Virus record (IMG/VR): IMGVR_UViG_3300045988_044599
Length of the DNA: 60,135 bases
Source of the DNA: a virus
Reading direction: 5' to 3' (one strand)
The position numbers and the translations under genes were made by a program. The notes beneath the pieces are model-generated. The model saw nothing but the letters and a program-made list of their open reading frames with translations, was not told the origin of the DNA and made no database searches. Shown piece after piece: positions 16,835-27,120 of this stretch. Every line of letters begins with the position of its first letter. The first letter of the stretch is position 1.

Positions 16835-17269
16835 TCACATGCCCAGAAACGCCTTCATCGACTCGAAGTTGGCGGAAACACGCCTATCAACGCCATCGGC
16901 GGCGTGAGGGGGCATAATCGGTTTGAACTCAGGGTGCTTGCCATCCTTGAACTGCAATGTGCCGGAAACCAGCAAGCCGACCTGATTGTAAATACCCAAC
17001 AGCAGACTCGTATCCTGAGTGAACCCGTGAAAACTCAAACCGGAATCACTATCGGACTCGGCGCGGGCACGCTCATCTGGATGGTTCAGCAACCATTCCC
17101 GATACAACGACTCGTCATAGCCGGCAAGCCCGCCGATAAGGGTCAAAAGAAAACCGCCGTCATACTCATGCATGGCGGCGGGAAGATTCAGATTGTAGAA
17201 CCTACGGAAATCACACGTAAGCTCTACTTTGCATTTCCGGTAGGCGTCCTTGACGCTTCGGATTTTCCC
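16835..17269 (-). CDS. tail assembly chaperone, -1 frameshift extension (T part of a GT-like fusion)
   Basis: From the slippery site, the -1 frame is open and in frame with the 16835-17173 ORF (MHEYDGGF...). Confidence 0.7.
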   Translation of the reverse strand, partial: GKIRSVKDAYRKCKVELTCDFRRFYNLNLPAAMHEYDGGFLLTLIGGLAGYDESLYREWLLNHPDERARAESDSDSGLSFHGFTQDTSLLLGIYNQVGLLVSGTLQFKDGKHPEFKPIMPPHAADGVDRRVSANFESMKAFLGM

Positions 17270-17646
17270 AAGGACGCACCATAGAATGCGTTAAGCAGAG
17301 TGAACACCTGCACCAGAACAGTCGGAGTCCTGCCAGTGACCCACTTGTGGTAGGCGTCAACGTCCTTGGCGATCTTCTCGAAGAAACTATCGCTGGCAGC
17401 CACCATCCTGGCTATAGCCAGACTTGAATCGACATCATCGGAAGTCTTCTTGCGGAACACGCCGTAACTGTCGGACGCCACGGCATCAACGACCATGAAA
17501 TCGCATGTCTGCGCCACGGAGAACTCATGAGCCGGAACGAACTCAGGGCATCCGGCCAGTTCCTCGTGCTGTTCGACGAACTCAGCCAGCGTGTCAGGAA
17601 TCTCCGGAACGGTCTTAACGGTGTTCTTATCAGTTTTGGAAGCCAT
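17224..17646 (-). CDS. tail assembly chaperone (G-like)
   Basis: 140 aa, lying between the major tail gene and TMP. It contains the slippery heptamer near its 3' end. Confidence 0.75.
   Translation of the reverse strand: MASKTDKNTVKTVPEIPDTLAEFVEQHEELAGCPEFVPAHEFSVAQTCDFMVVDAVASDSYGVFRKKTSDDVDSSLAIARMVAASDSFFEKIAKDVDAYHKWVTGRTPTVLVQVFTLLNAFYGASLGKSEASRTPTGNAK
17263..17269 (-). other. programmed -1 frameshift slippery heptamer G_GGA_AAA
   Basis: On the minus strand the reading is TTG GGA AAA (L126-G127-K128 of the G-like ORF). The site lies 39 nt before its stop. Confidence 0.7.
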
Positions 17647-17810
17647 AATCTGTAATCCCCATCAAAAACCCATCTGCCAATCGTTGGAAAGGATTGCCCC
17701 CGCACGGATGGGTACATGCGGGGGCAATAGGAAATCTCAGCCTTTCGAGGTCAAACCCGATACGGTCTGGGAGGAATTACCCGGATTCTTACCGCTGGAA
17801 TCCGGGCTGG

Positions 17811-18422
17811 TTATTTTGACACGAACGTCTCCGGGGCGAAAATCTGGTACGCGCCAACCTCACCATTGGCACCGGCCTTCAGCACGCTAGTGGATTTCAC
17901 GACGGCGTTGAAGCTGAACTCCGCGAAATCCTCATCGGCGAGGCTGACGTTATCGAACGTGAAATCGGTCTCCGGCAGATACAATCCGAAGCTCAGCTTG
18001 TCGGAATCATCGTAGGCGAGAACGAACAACGCCAGATGCTGCACCACGGGCTGCAACGGCACGACGATGCCGCCCTGGTCGCCGGCCCAGCCGCCAGTGA
18101 CCTTCGTGATCGTGGCCGAATCACCCTGCACGGACGCGCCGGACACGGTGATGGTCGGAGCCTCGGTAGAACTCTTCGCACCGGCGACAAGCCACGTGTC
18201 CTTCGTGGTGGTGTCCCCGCCATCCTTGCTGAAGCTGATCTTGTTGTTGTTGGAGGTATGGCCGATATTCTCCCAATTCACGACGGAACCGCTGCCAGCG
18301 GCGGCAACAGTGCCACTATTCAACAAGAACGAGGAAACTTTGGTCGGAAGAGCGGTCTTCGCGGGAGCCGTGAACAACGTACCGCGAGACGCCTGAATCA
18401 GACCATCGGCATTAATAGCCAT
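17811..18422 (-). CDS. major tail protein
   Basis: 203 aa, upstream of the chaperone genes. Hairpins follow its stop. Confidence 0.7.
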   Translation of the reverse strand: MAINADGLIQASRGTLFTAPAKTALPTKVSSFLLNSGTVAAAGSGSVVNWENIGHTSNNNKISFSKDGGDTTTKDTWLVAGAKSSTEAPTITVSGASVQGDSATITKVTGGWAGDQGGIVVPLQPVVQHLALFVLAYDDSDKLSFGLYLPETDFTFDNVSLADEDFAEFSFNAVVKSTSVLKAGANGEVGAYQIFAPETFVSK

Positions 18423-18458
18423 AATGGTGCCTTTCTACTTGAAATTGATAAAAGAAAA

Positions 18459-18482
18459 GGCCTGACCGATACCGGTCAAGCC
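18459..18482 (-). terminator. hairpin plus T-tract before the major tail gene
   Basis: On the minus strand, GGCTTGACCG-GTAT-CGGTCAGGCC followed by TTTTCTTTTATC. Confidence 0.5.
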
Positions 18483-18940
18483 TTGAACGAATCGCGGGCA
18501 GTCACAACAGCCGACAGCCCATACTCCTTGACGTTCTTGCCTTGATTCTCTTTCGCATCAGACTGCCGCTTCTGCGCCGTCACAGACACGGTGCCAACCG
18601 TTCCAGCTGTCGTGGACTCCTCGAACGGCCAACCCTGCACCGTCTTATACAAGTGACGTGCAAAACCGTGAGGATTGTTACAGTCAGCGGCCAAAACCGT
18701 GAACGTCACGCCGAAACGCCACAATCCACGGTCAAACTGTTCGGGAGCGGAAACATAATAGAGAAGAACCTGTCCACGTTCACCGTAAGCGTTCAAAGGC
18801 AAGTCAAGCTCGCTGCAAACCTTCACATCAGGCCACTCCTCGCACGGATACGCCCGATTCAACAGTTCATAAACCAACTGTTCCGCATCAATCGACTCAC
18901 GAACATCAATGGCAAGACGCTGAAAAATGTTGTCCGTCAC
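18476..18940 (-). CDS. tail terminator / tail completion protein (by position)
   Basis: 154 aa. The call rests on synteny between the gp10-like gene and the major tail gene. Confidence 0.5.
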   Translation of the reverse strand: MTDNIFQRLAIDVRESIDAEQLVYELLNRAYPCEEWPDVKVCSELDLPLNAYGERGQVLLYYVSAPEQFDRGLWRFGVTFTVLAADCNNPHGFARHLYKTVQGWPFEESTTAGTVGTVSVTAQKRQSDAKENQGKNVKEYGLSAVVTARDSFKA

Positions 18941-19290
18941 AATCTCACCCGACTCAACGAATCAAACATGATATGTTTACCCGGAATACGCGCTCTCGGA
19001 TCACGAGGCCCATACTTGTGCTCAAGCCACCGGTTGAAATAGCCGAACTCCAAATGCGGAGCGACCTGCGTGCCATCACGGCCCATGACGGACATGACAA
19101 TCTGATGATGCCAGCCGACTTTGCGAACGGAAACCTCGATCCTATCCGCAACGCTTGAATGCGTAGCGGCCTCATTCGCCTTCGCGCGGACGGCAGACAC
19201 GCTATGCACGGCGGCGCGGCGTGTAAGTTCCGGCCCATACATCTTCGCAATATCGGTAGCGACGCTACGCCGAATCGTGACTCTTCCCAA
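18937..19290 (-). CDS. HK97 gp10-like head-tail joining protein
   Basis: 117 aa with ...APHLEFGYFN..., resembling the gp10-family EFG core. Confidence 0.6.
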   Translation of the reverse strand: MGRVTIRRSVATDIAKMYGPELTRRAAVHSVSAVRAKANEAATHSSVADRIEVSVRKVGWHHQIVMSVMGRDGTQVAPHLEFGYFNRWLEHKYGPRDPRARIPGKHIMFDSLSRVRL

Positions 19291-19798
19291 CGCCGCCCAC
19301 CTCCTTCACCCATTCAGGCTCGGAAATGCCGCCATCAAGATAATCGCCAATAACAACACGACGTGCACGAACCTCCCAATGCCGGGAGAAACGAGAACCA
19401 CTCCCACGCCACGTAGGAGCGCCGTCGGCATCGTAATAATCGCCCTTATACCAGATCCGGGAATAAATGTCGCCGGGCCATTCCCTCGCAATAATCTGCA
19501 AAGGAGTGACCTCTTCCAAACCGCCGGGGTTATCCGAAGATGGCGTCTTATCCTCAGCTCCAGAAATAGAGAACATGCCAGCCTGCTGCGCACGACCCTC
19601 AACACAGCAGATGACCTTCACCGGATCGCCAGTCTGCACATACTGGCCGCCGTGCGCGTCCTGAACATGCTTGCGAGGAATCACAACGACATAATCCGTG
19701 TCGAACAGCTGTTTCTGACCACCGTAATGGGTTTGGTCATCCTCGTAGAGGTAATGGCGTTCATTCGTATCATCGTCAAACAGAAACGCCATCATCAA
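19265..19798 (-). CDS. head closure / head-tail adaptor (by position)
   Basis: 177 aa. Called on synteny only. Confidence 0.45.
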   Translation of the reverse strand: MMMAFLFDDDTNERHYLYEDDQTHYGGQKQLFDTDYVVVIPRKHVQDAHGGQYVQTGDPVKVICCVEGRAQQAGMFSISGAEDKTPSSDNPGGLEEVTPLQIIAREWPGDIYSRIWYKGDYYDADGAPTWRGSGSRFSRHWEVRARRVVIGDYLDGGISEPEWVKEVGGVGKSHDSA

Positions 19799-20232
19799 CC
19801 TCCATAACCGGGGTCGAAACCAAGACTGATGTGTGACATCGTGCCAGCGGATTCAGCGAAACCATTCAGAATCGATTTCTCAGCTTTCGACAAGAACAGC
19901 CGGGGACTTGGATCATAGCCAGGCTGATTCTGCTGCGGATCATGCTCCGTGTACGAGTAAGAACCGTTCGCTTCGGTTTTGAACCGGTTGAAACGTACTA
20001 CGCGTAACACCATTTCGCATACGACCGACGCGAAATCACTTTCAGAGAGACGCCCTTTCTTCAAGCGTGTCCGGACAATCGGGCATTCGCTCAAACAGAT
20101 GAGAGCGGCCTTGCGGCATTGAGCGGAAATCCAATCAGTGTCGAAATGCTCTTCAAATGAATCCGCGTCGGCGGAACCGTAGACGCGCATATACTTCAAC
20201 CAGTCGATGTTGTCGATGATTGCCGTGCTCAT
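19795..20232 (-). CDS. head-tail connector protein (by position)
   Basis: 145 aa, directly downstream of the major capsid gene. Confidence 0.45.
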   Translation of the reverse strand: MSTAIIDNIDWLKYMRVYGSADADSFEEHFDTDWISAQCRKAALICLSECPIVRTRLKKGRLSESDFASVVCEMVLRVVRFNRFKTEANGSYSYTEHDPQQNQPGYDPSPRLFLSKAEKSILNGFAESAGTMSHISLGFDPGYGG

Positions 20233-20246
20233 ACGCGCCTCCTACA

Positions 20247-21317
20247 TCATGCGGTCAGTACAGTGGCCTTCAAAGTGCTGTTGGACTGCACAAGAACCGG
20301 CAATGCAGTACCGTTCACGTAAGCCTCGTATCCCGGAGTCGAAGACGGAGTATTCAGCACGGCTCCGATAGGGCCAGCGTTCTTCTCACGGCTGATGCCA
20401 TATGCAGGAGTCTGAGCTTCAGCGGTCGGCCCCAACGCGGTGTAACCCATGTTCACGTCACCGAAAGCCGGAATCAGCAGGATGGTGTTCTCAGGGAAGA
20501 AGCTCTTGACGCCACCCGGAAGAGTAATCTTGGACTGGCGAGCGAAATCACGATACCTTTCGTCAACAACGTAAATATCCTGAATGCCGGTGTACAGGCT
20601 CAAAACGCTCTTCACATCATTCTCGGAAACAAGAGCCGGAAGGGTGGAACCCTGACCGCGGAACAAGTAGTTGATGATGGCCGCGTTGGACGTCAAAGCG
20701 TTCACAACCTTACGGGTGGTGACCATGATGGTAGGACGCGCACCCTTCTTATCGTCGATAAGGTCGGACCATGTACGCAAATCCTTGACCGGATCACCAG
20801 TCTTGTCCCAAGTCTTCGTAGTTGTCAAAGAAGTGGATAGTGCAGAATCACGTGCATAATCCCAAGCTGCATCCTCATTGGATTCTGTGATGCCGAGCTT
20901 CGCGTCAACGGCGACGGCCACACGCGCCTTCTCCAGACGGTAGGCCAATTCCTTGCCCAACTGAACGAAATAATCGCTCAGAGTGGTCTTCAAATCTCCG
21001 TTGGTCATGGAAATGTTGCCATTTGCGATGTCCTTTTCGGACACGCGCATACGCTTACGCAACGGCAGCATGGAAGTGTAGGACAGCTTCTCGCCGCCAA
21101 CAGTACGACCATACGGTGCCTCAGCATCCCAAGTGGAGAACTTCATCTCATCAACCTCAGGATCATCCTGATTCGGAGTCCACTCGACAGACAAGCCGGT
21201 GAACTGGTCCGGCAGGATGGAAGCGAACGGCAAAGCTGCCGTAGTTGTCTGATAGGCTCCCAGCACGATGGCGGAAGCCTCGTCGGGAGTAATGATGTCC
21301 TTATTCAACAGACTCAT
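20247..21317 (-). CDS. major capsid protein (lambda gpE-like)
   Basis: 356 aa, placed after the scaffold and decoration-like genes. Its size and N-terminus are typical of E-type capsid proteins. Confidence 0.8.
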   Translation of the reverse strand: MSLLNKDIITPDEASAIVLGAYQTTTAALPFASILPDQFTGLSVEWTPNQDDPEVDEMKFSTWDAEAPYGRTVGGEKLSYTSMLPLRKRMRVSEKDIANGNISMTNGDLKTTLSDYFVQLGKELAYRLEKARVAVAVDAKLGITESNEDAAWDYARDSALSTSLTTTKTWDKTGDPVKDLRTWSDLIDDKKGARPTIMVTTRKVVNALTSNAAIINYLFRGQGSTLPALVSENDVKSVLSLYTGIQDIYVVDERYRDFARQSKITLPGGVKSFFPENTILLIPAFGDVNMGYTALGPTAEAQTPAYGISREKNAGPIGAVLNTPSSTPGYEAYVNGTALPVLVQSNSTLKATVLTA

Positions 21318-21340
21318 TGAAAAACCTTCCTAATATGCGA

Positions 21341-21364
21341 AAACCCGCCATGATGGGCGGGTTT
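21341..21364 (-). terminator. hairpin plus T-tract between the decoration-like and capsid genes
   Basis: On the minus strand, AAACCCGCC-CATCAT-GGCGGGTTT followed by TCGCATATT. Confidence 0.5.
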
Positions 21365-21384
21365 CAAACGGGTAGAAACTAAAC

Positions 21385-21912
21385 TCAGGCAGTATGGCTG
21401 GTGTCACTTGCGGATGCGGCGGCAGTTGCCGGATTCAACACGGTCACATGCGGAGCTGCGGCGCCCTTGTCATAATCAAGGAACAATCCCTCCAACTTCG
21501 CCTTGCTGAAATCAACGGTGTACGGCAGATTCTTCTTATCGATAACACCCATATAGCGGACGCCGACAGTCGGATACTGATCCTCGAAACCGGTACGAGT
21601 GAACTGCACATGCACCTGAGACTCCAAGAAGCCGATGATCGTGCCATTACGGCCATCGGAAGCGTTCGGATCGTACGGGCCATAGTTGTTGGTTCCAGTA
21701 ATCTGAGCCAGCGGAATACCGGATTTAGTCCAAGCCTCGTAATCATCGTCGGTAATGGACGCGAAGTAATCGTTCTCATGCGACTTGTCCTTGGTGAACG
21801 TAGACAAGTCAAGCTGTGCTTCACGCACACCATCGGTGATACGATTGATAAGCCAAGACTGGTCATCCTTCGGAGCGGTCTTGGCGACAGTATGAACCAT
21901 CTGATTGGCCAT
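21385..21912 (-). CDS. head decoration-like protein (by position)
   Basis: 175 aa, lying between the scaffold and major capsid genes. No motif was recognised. Confidence 0.4.
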   Translation of the reverse strand: MANQMVHTVAKTAPKDDQSWLINRITDGVREAQLDLSTFTKDKSHENDYFASITDDDYEAWTKSGIPLAQITGTNNYGPYDPNASDGRNGTIIGFLESQVHVQFTRTGFEDQYPTVGVRYMGVIDKKNLPYTVDFSKAKLEGLFLDYDKGAAAPHVTVLNPATAAASASDTSHTA

Positions 21913-21930
21913 ATTTATCTCCTTATAAAA

Positions 21931-22512
21931 CTATTTCTTGATTTCGGAATGCTTCACGCCGTAGTTGTAAGCGTCGGAAACGCTTGACTGCGGCTTGCAC
22001 ACATGCATGTTTCTGCTCTGCAACTCCTTCGCCAACTCCGGCGATGACTCACATGGAGCATTCCCATCATTCTTTTTCTGCCCCGCTTCAACCGTTTCAG
22101 TCTTGCTCGGCATGAACTTCACAAAAGCGTCAGCCCATTCGGAAATCTTTTCCGGCTCAGTCTCCCCACACAAAGTGTCGAAAGCCTCGTCGGTAATCTC
22201 TGGATGCAGTTTCTGCGCCTTCAAACGGGCTATCTGCACGTTCGCCTTGGCAAGAGCGCCCTCAGTGTCGGCAAGCTTCGCTTCGGCGGCATTGGCACGA
22301 TCACGATTCTCATACATCTTCTGCTCGTTCTCACGAGCCTGATGCTTCCACATGCCCAACTTCTCGGAAAGGTCATCCGCACCATTCTTTTGAGTCGCGG
22401 TATCGGCGGCTACAGGAGAAGTGGCAGTGTCCTTCGGCTGCGCGTTCACGCCCGTTTCAGGCGCATTCGTAGATGCCGCCGTTTCAGCGGTATTGGTATT
22501 TTCATCAGCCAT
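21931..22512 (-). CDS. capsid scaffolding protein
   Basis: 193 aa, acidic and helical/coiled-coil (for example AAEAKLADTEGALAKANVQIARLKAQ). It lies upstream of the capsid gene. Confidence 0.65.
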   Translation of the reverse strand: MADENTNTAETAASTNAPETGVNAQPKDTATSPVAADTATQKNGADDLSEKLGMWKHQARENEQKMYENRDRANAAEAKLADTEGALAKANVQIARLKAQKLHPEITDEAFDTLCGETEPEKISEWADAFVKFMPSKTETVEAGQKKNDGNAPCESSPELAKELQSRNMHVCKPQSSVSDAYNYGVKHSEIKK

Positions 22513-22536
22513 TAGGCTTGAATCCTTTCAATAGTG

Positions 22537-23622
22537 TTATGCGGCTTCGCCAAGCATCGACCGCATCTGGTTGAGCATGGTCTTCTGCCATGCCATAGCC
22601 TGTTTCAAATTCTTGGAAGGCTTGAACGTGAACGTCCTACCCTCATAGCGGAAAGTCACCGGTTTACCGGCCTTCTGCACTTCCTTGTAACGCCGATTGA
22701 ACTCGATTGCCCGATTCTCCATACGACGGCACTGAGCCAACGTGGATTTACGGTCAGGCGTATGCCAAGCGTCAGAAGCCTTCGACGGAACTGGACTGGG
22801 CGTATCCTTCGCATCCTCGGCAAGAAGCACAGGGCCCAACTCGCCATGAGTAATGGTCTTGACCTTCACCTGCTTCAACGCGGACGCGGTAGTACCACCA
22901 GCCTCGGCGTACAAGCGTTTCAAATCCTTCTGATTCAACTGGAAACCCGGATCGTAATCACTGCCAGCCGGTGCCACACCACAATGACAGTTAGCGTGCA
23001 ACGGCAACAAGTCAGCCGTCGAATACCATCGGTCAGCCGCCACCACGCACAAGCCACAAGAACCCGTCTTGGACAGTTCGGGATGTAACACCCTGCGATA
23101 CTCCAACACCTTGCTATCCTTGTACCGTTCAAGCGTGGCGCTCGTCTGCGCCCTCGAAACATCCTCGTCAACAGTGGTCTGCAAACGGTTGAACGCCTGT
23201 TCAATCCACTTATCAACCTCGCTGAATATCTCATCGGTCTTGCTAGGCCACGTTTCAGGACGAATCGTGGGGTTTTTCACCGCAAGACTCCGATACGTGT
23301 CAGCCGGACGTTGCGCCACAAGCCACGGATCGGTATTGTCACGAGGAAACACCAAACTAGGCACATCCCCCTTCGGAGTGACGCCCACAAGCTTCAACGT
23401 CTCATTCGCATAGGAGACGCCCAAACGGCGCACCTGCTGAATCAACGCCATCTCCAACAACGCCATACGGGATGCGACGGCAAACGTCATACCATCATTC
23501 CACCAGTCAGCGGGCGTCAGCATGTCCCACATTCTGTGGGCTTGACTCACATACTGGTTCACCAGCGTTGCACGAGCCTGTTCAAGCGTGTTAGACAACG
23601 ATTCAAGCGACTTACCGGCCAT
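22537..23622 (-). CDS. MuF / SPP1 gp7-like minor capsid protein
   Basis: 361 aa, placed after the portal gene. It carries the Cys/His cluster GSCGLCVVAADRWY...LHANCHCGV typical of this family. Confidence 0.75.
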   Translation of the reverse strand: MAGKSLESLSNTLEQARATLVNQYVSQAHRMWDMLTPADWWNDGMTFAVASRMALLEMALIQQVRRLGVSYANETLKLVGVTPKGDVPSLVFPRDNTDPWLVAQRPADTYRSLAVKNPTIRPETWPSKTDEIFSEVDKWIEQAFNRLQTTVDEDVSRAQTSATLERYKDSKVLEYRRVLHPELSKTGSCGLCVVAADRWYSTADLLPLHANCHCGVAPAGSDYDPGFQLNQKDLKRLYAEAGGTTASALKQVKVKTITHGELGPVLLAEDAKDTPSPVPSKASDAWHTPDRKSTLAQCRRMENRAIEFNRRYKEVQKAGKPVTFRYEGRTFTFKPSKNLKQAMAWQKTMLNQMRSMLGEAA

Positions 23623-25232
23623 CAGGACTCGGACTCGCCTTCATCGACAAGCTCACCCTCGACGTTCGGCAAACCATCCACAGCGGACTGGGTTTCATCA
23701 TCCCAACCCGTAGCCGGTTCCACAGCAGCAACAGGCTTCGCATTACTCTTATTAGCCTGGCCGGAAATGTTGAACTGGTCTGCAAGACGGTTCATATCAT
23801 CCTCCGACACATCCTGAGCGGTGAAGCCCATCTTGTGCGTGAGAATCGTCCTACGCGCCAACAAGCCACTCTGATACAACAACTGGCAAGCCTGAGCCTG
23901 TTCCAGCGAACTGGTCGTGTCCATCGGCTTCCACACCATCTCAAACTCGGACGCCGAAGCATTCGCGGTTTTAGACGCGGCCAAAGCCATACGCACCATA
24001 CGCACGATAGGCTCAGAATCCAACTCGTTCATCGTCTGCACTTTGAACTTCAACGTCTCACGCTTCAACTCAGCACCATTGGCGGAACCCTGCACGTCAG
24101 GCGAAAGAATATCCAACGGAATGCCAGCTGCGGAAGCCAACTGCTTCACATCAGCCATGATGTTGTTCTGCAAAGAACCGGTATCAGTGGTCTGAGACTC
24201 CCAAATATCAACACCATCAGGAAGCTTCCACAACGCCGCAGGGCCAACCGCGAACGTGGATGCCAAATCAATAGGATCACCAGCCTGCTTGTCGCCGTCG
24301 ATGACTTCCTGATCCTCTTCGGTGTACGTGGTTGGAACGGTGCCCTTGATGGCACGCTGTCGGAATGCTTGCATCATCGTGATGCACAAACGGTCGAACG
24401 TTTCACGGTCGATACGTTTCAGCATCGGCAGATACGGCTCGAACAATCCCTGCCCGTCAACCGTGCTCAAACGTACGATAGGGAGCGAATCGCATCCCTC
24501 CGCATAAGAGAAATCAGATGCTTGTGAATCCTCAGCCCACTCCCAATCGCTACCAGGCTCCCAAGCTTTCGCATCAGACGCGAACTTAGCAACCGACGAA
24601 ACATCGTTAGGATCAACAACGGAACGATCATGTTCACGTTGTGCCGTCTTGGAATACACTTTCGTCGTGGTCTTGCTGTCATCAACAACAAGACGATACA
24701 ATCGAATGACTTCCTTGTTCTCGCGGTCCAGATACGTGTATTGGATAGCAGCAGTCTCACCAACATCCATCCAGCATTCCCAAGGGCTGAGAGGCGTGAT
24801 GAATCTCCCACGTCCAGCATTGGCAACCAAGCCAAACGAGCATCCGTAATCGCCTTTGTCTGGCAGCATATTGCGACGAAGAATAAAATTCAGGCCGCAT
24901 TGTTTCGCCATCCTATCGGCATCAGTATCCTTCAACGAGGAATCCTCGACCTTACGGAAACCATTAGGCTGCTGGCGGTCGGTCACGCTCTCACTGATAC
25001 GACGGGCGAGATTCACAACACCCAACTGGCGCATCAGCTTGTACACTGGGGCAGCGTTCGGATCAGTGCCTTGAGGCACACTGTTCGCATCCACCATCTC
25101 CCTGCCATCCTTGAACAGTTTCAATTCGGCAAGATACGGCAGACGAGCGCCCCACTCCCGCGCCAGATTGGTAATGACGTAAGCATCATCGTCATCATCG
25201 GAAGCGTTCTTAATCATCAACGAGTCAGACAC
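23622..25232 (-). CDS. portal protein
   Basis: 536 aa, immediately downstream of TerL. Confidence 0.85.
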   Translation of the reverse strand: MSDSLMIKNASDDDDDAYVITNLAREWGARLPYLAELKLFKDGREMVDANSVPQGTDPNAAPVYKLMRQLGVVNLARRISESVTDRQQPNGFRKVEDSSLKDTDADRMAKQCGLNFILRRNMLPDKGDYGCSFGLVANAGRGRFITPLSPWECWMDVGETAAIQYTYLDRENKEVIRLYRLVVDDSKTTTKVYSKTAQREHDRSVVDPNDVSSVAKFASDAKAWEPGSDWEWAEDSQASDFSYAEGCDSLPIVRLSTVDGQGLFEPYLPMLKRIDRETFDRLCITMMQAFRQRAIKGTVPTTYTEEDQEVIDGDKQAGDPIDLASTFAVGPAALWKLPDGVDIWESQTTDTGSLQNNIMADVKQLASAAGIPLDILSPDVQGSANGAELKRETLKFKVQTMNELDSEPIVRMVRMALAASKTANASASEFEMVWKPMDTTSSLEQAQACQLLYQSGLLARRTILTHKMGFTAQDVSEDDMNRLADQFNISGQANKSNAKPVAAVEPATGWDDETQSAVDGLPNVEGELVDEGESES

Positions 25233-25245
25233 TCGAAATCACCAC

Positions 25246-27120
25246 CTAGTAGATTCTCATCGGAGCGGAACGGCGTTTAACCTCAGCCAACTCCAAATAC
25301 TTTCCACGAGCCGTATAAGCCAACAGGCCAGCCATGCACGCATCAATCTTGTCCGGCGAATTAGGAGACTCCTTATAAATCGCATACCCAGTACGGGTCT
25401 CACGCCTACGCGCATTACGGAAATGATTCACCAACCGCGGATCAGCAAGCAACGCGATATCATCCTTGACCGGTTTGCTTTTCTTATCCGGCTCCGTATA
25501 CGGGTAACGGAACGCTGTATGCGCGTTATCCAACGCGACCTGCATGTCCTTATACCAGTTGTTAGTCCAGAACTTGATCTTGTCGCCGCTCTTACGCGGA
25601 CCAACCTTCAACTTCTTCCCGTAATCCTTCTCCCAACCGCCAATCATCTGCTCGAAATACGCGACATCAGCGAAGAAGCCGACCACATTGTAGTTGTCCA
25701 TCATCCAACGGGCCATGCCGTCGAACGCATCACGGTTCACACGCCAAGTGGCCTTCTCAGGCCCATCAGGAGCGGACTCCAACTTGATAAGGAACAACAT
25801 GCCATCGGACACGCGGCAACCCACAAGTGCCGTCGAATCATCCGACACGGAACCATCGAACCCCAACGTGATAGGCTCACGTTTCGTCACGAACCGTTGC
25901 CACGCGCCATCCAAACGAATCGAATTGAACGCGGTGTGCATTTCATCCCGATACAGCATGTGGGATTGAATGTCGGACTCCGTAAGCCAAGCATCATGCA
26001 CGCTCGACAAAGTGTTGAAATAGTAGCGCATCGAATCCGCAGGGTCTGAATCAGGCTGGTAAATCTGATCCATCTGACCATTCAGGTCAATCCACCCATC
26101 CTTTGACGGGCCAAGCTCACCATCCCAATACGTGTGCCCCTCGGGGTCAACACCATCAGCATTCAACACGGTCATACGACCATCCGGCAATATCAGATGA
26201 TCCTTACCGTCCGAACTCTTCGCACTCGCACCATACGCGACCTGCAAGGCGCGGAGAACCTTCTTCTCGTCAGCGAAATCATCCAAGTCGATGTTCGCAT
26301 ACACATGGTCGAAGTAGATGCCGCTACGATGCTTGATTTTGCCCGAAGCGGTATCCCACGCATACTTGTACGATGTTTCAGCGATGGACTCTTCGCCCGG
26401 CTTGTACATGGTGGACGTTTCAAGAATCCACGGGTCTGCATCACCTTTACGTTTGCCGAGGTTACGTTGAACGGTCTTGTACATGTTGCGAAGCTTGTTC
26501 GTGTTGTACAAGTGGGTTTCATCACAAGCGGCGAACGTTTCCAAACCGCCATCCTTGGACGCGGCACCACTCGTGGTGGGAACAATCTCCCCACCCTCCG
26601 GCAAGCCGATACGGGTACGACCAACATCAAGGCCGACACCCTTCAACTGGCTTAAAGGGCCTTGATCGCAGTTGTAGTAAATCGAATCGAAAATGTTACC
26701 AGTCTGGCCTTCGGCGGTAGCCAAGCAGAGAATCTGCGGCATCTGCACCATACGTCCAACAGGCTCACCCTTCGCATACGGGTAGACCTCGCCCAGAAAC
26801 TCGTAAGTCTCCCCTTCTTCCGCCCAATGGTCGAACCTGCAAGGAGCCAAACCCTCGAACGCGCAAATGCCAGCGGCCTTACCGGACTTGTTCTTACCCT
26901 TCGCACGCGAATAAAACACACGATTGAACCGGCGGGTACCCCACTCGGTCAACGCATAAGCGTGAAGCATGAACACGTACTCGTCCATGTCGAACGCCTC
27001 AGGCAAGCCAACACCGCCACCACGACCAACACGGAAGAAAGTCTCAATCCACCAAACCGCGAACATTCCCATCGAACGAGTCAAATCCTCGCCATGCAAT
27101 TCGGGAATGCGCGTATGCAT
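25246..27120 (-). CDS. terL: terminase large subunit
   Basis: 624 aa. Walker A-like AKGKNKSGK, Walker B-like ACDETH, and a C-terminal nuclease-size domain. Confidence 0.9.
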   Translation of the reverse strand: MHTRIPELHGEDLTRSMGMFAVWWIETFFRVGRGGGVGLPEAFDMDEYVFMLHAYALTEWGTRRFNRVFYSRAKGKNKSGKAAGICAFEGLAPCRFDHWAEEGETYEFLGEVYPYAKGEPVGRMVQMPQILCLATAEGQTGNIFDSIYYNCDQGPLSQLKGVGLDVGRTRIGLPEGGEIVPTTSGAASKDGGLETFAACDETHLYNTNKLRNMYKTVQRNLGKRKGDADPWILETSTMYKPGEESIAETSYKYAWDTASGKIKHRSGIYFDHVYANIDLDDFADEKKVLRALQVAYGASAKSSDGKDHLILPDGRMTVLNADGVDPEGHTYWDGELGPSKDGWIDLNGQMDQIYQPDSDPADSMRYYFNTLSSVHDAWLTESDIQSHMLYRDEMHTAFNSIRLDGAWQRFVTKREPITLGFDGSVSDDSTALVGCRVSDGMLFLIKLESAPDGPEKATWRVNRDAFDGMARWMMDNYNVVGFFADVAYFEQMIGGWEKDYGKKLKVGPRKSGDKIKFWTNNWYKDMQVALDNAHTAFRYPYTEPDKKSKPVKDDIALLADPRLVNHFRNARRRETRTGYAIYKESPNSPDKIDACMAGLLAYTARGKYLELAEVKRRSAPMRIY

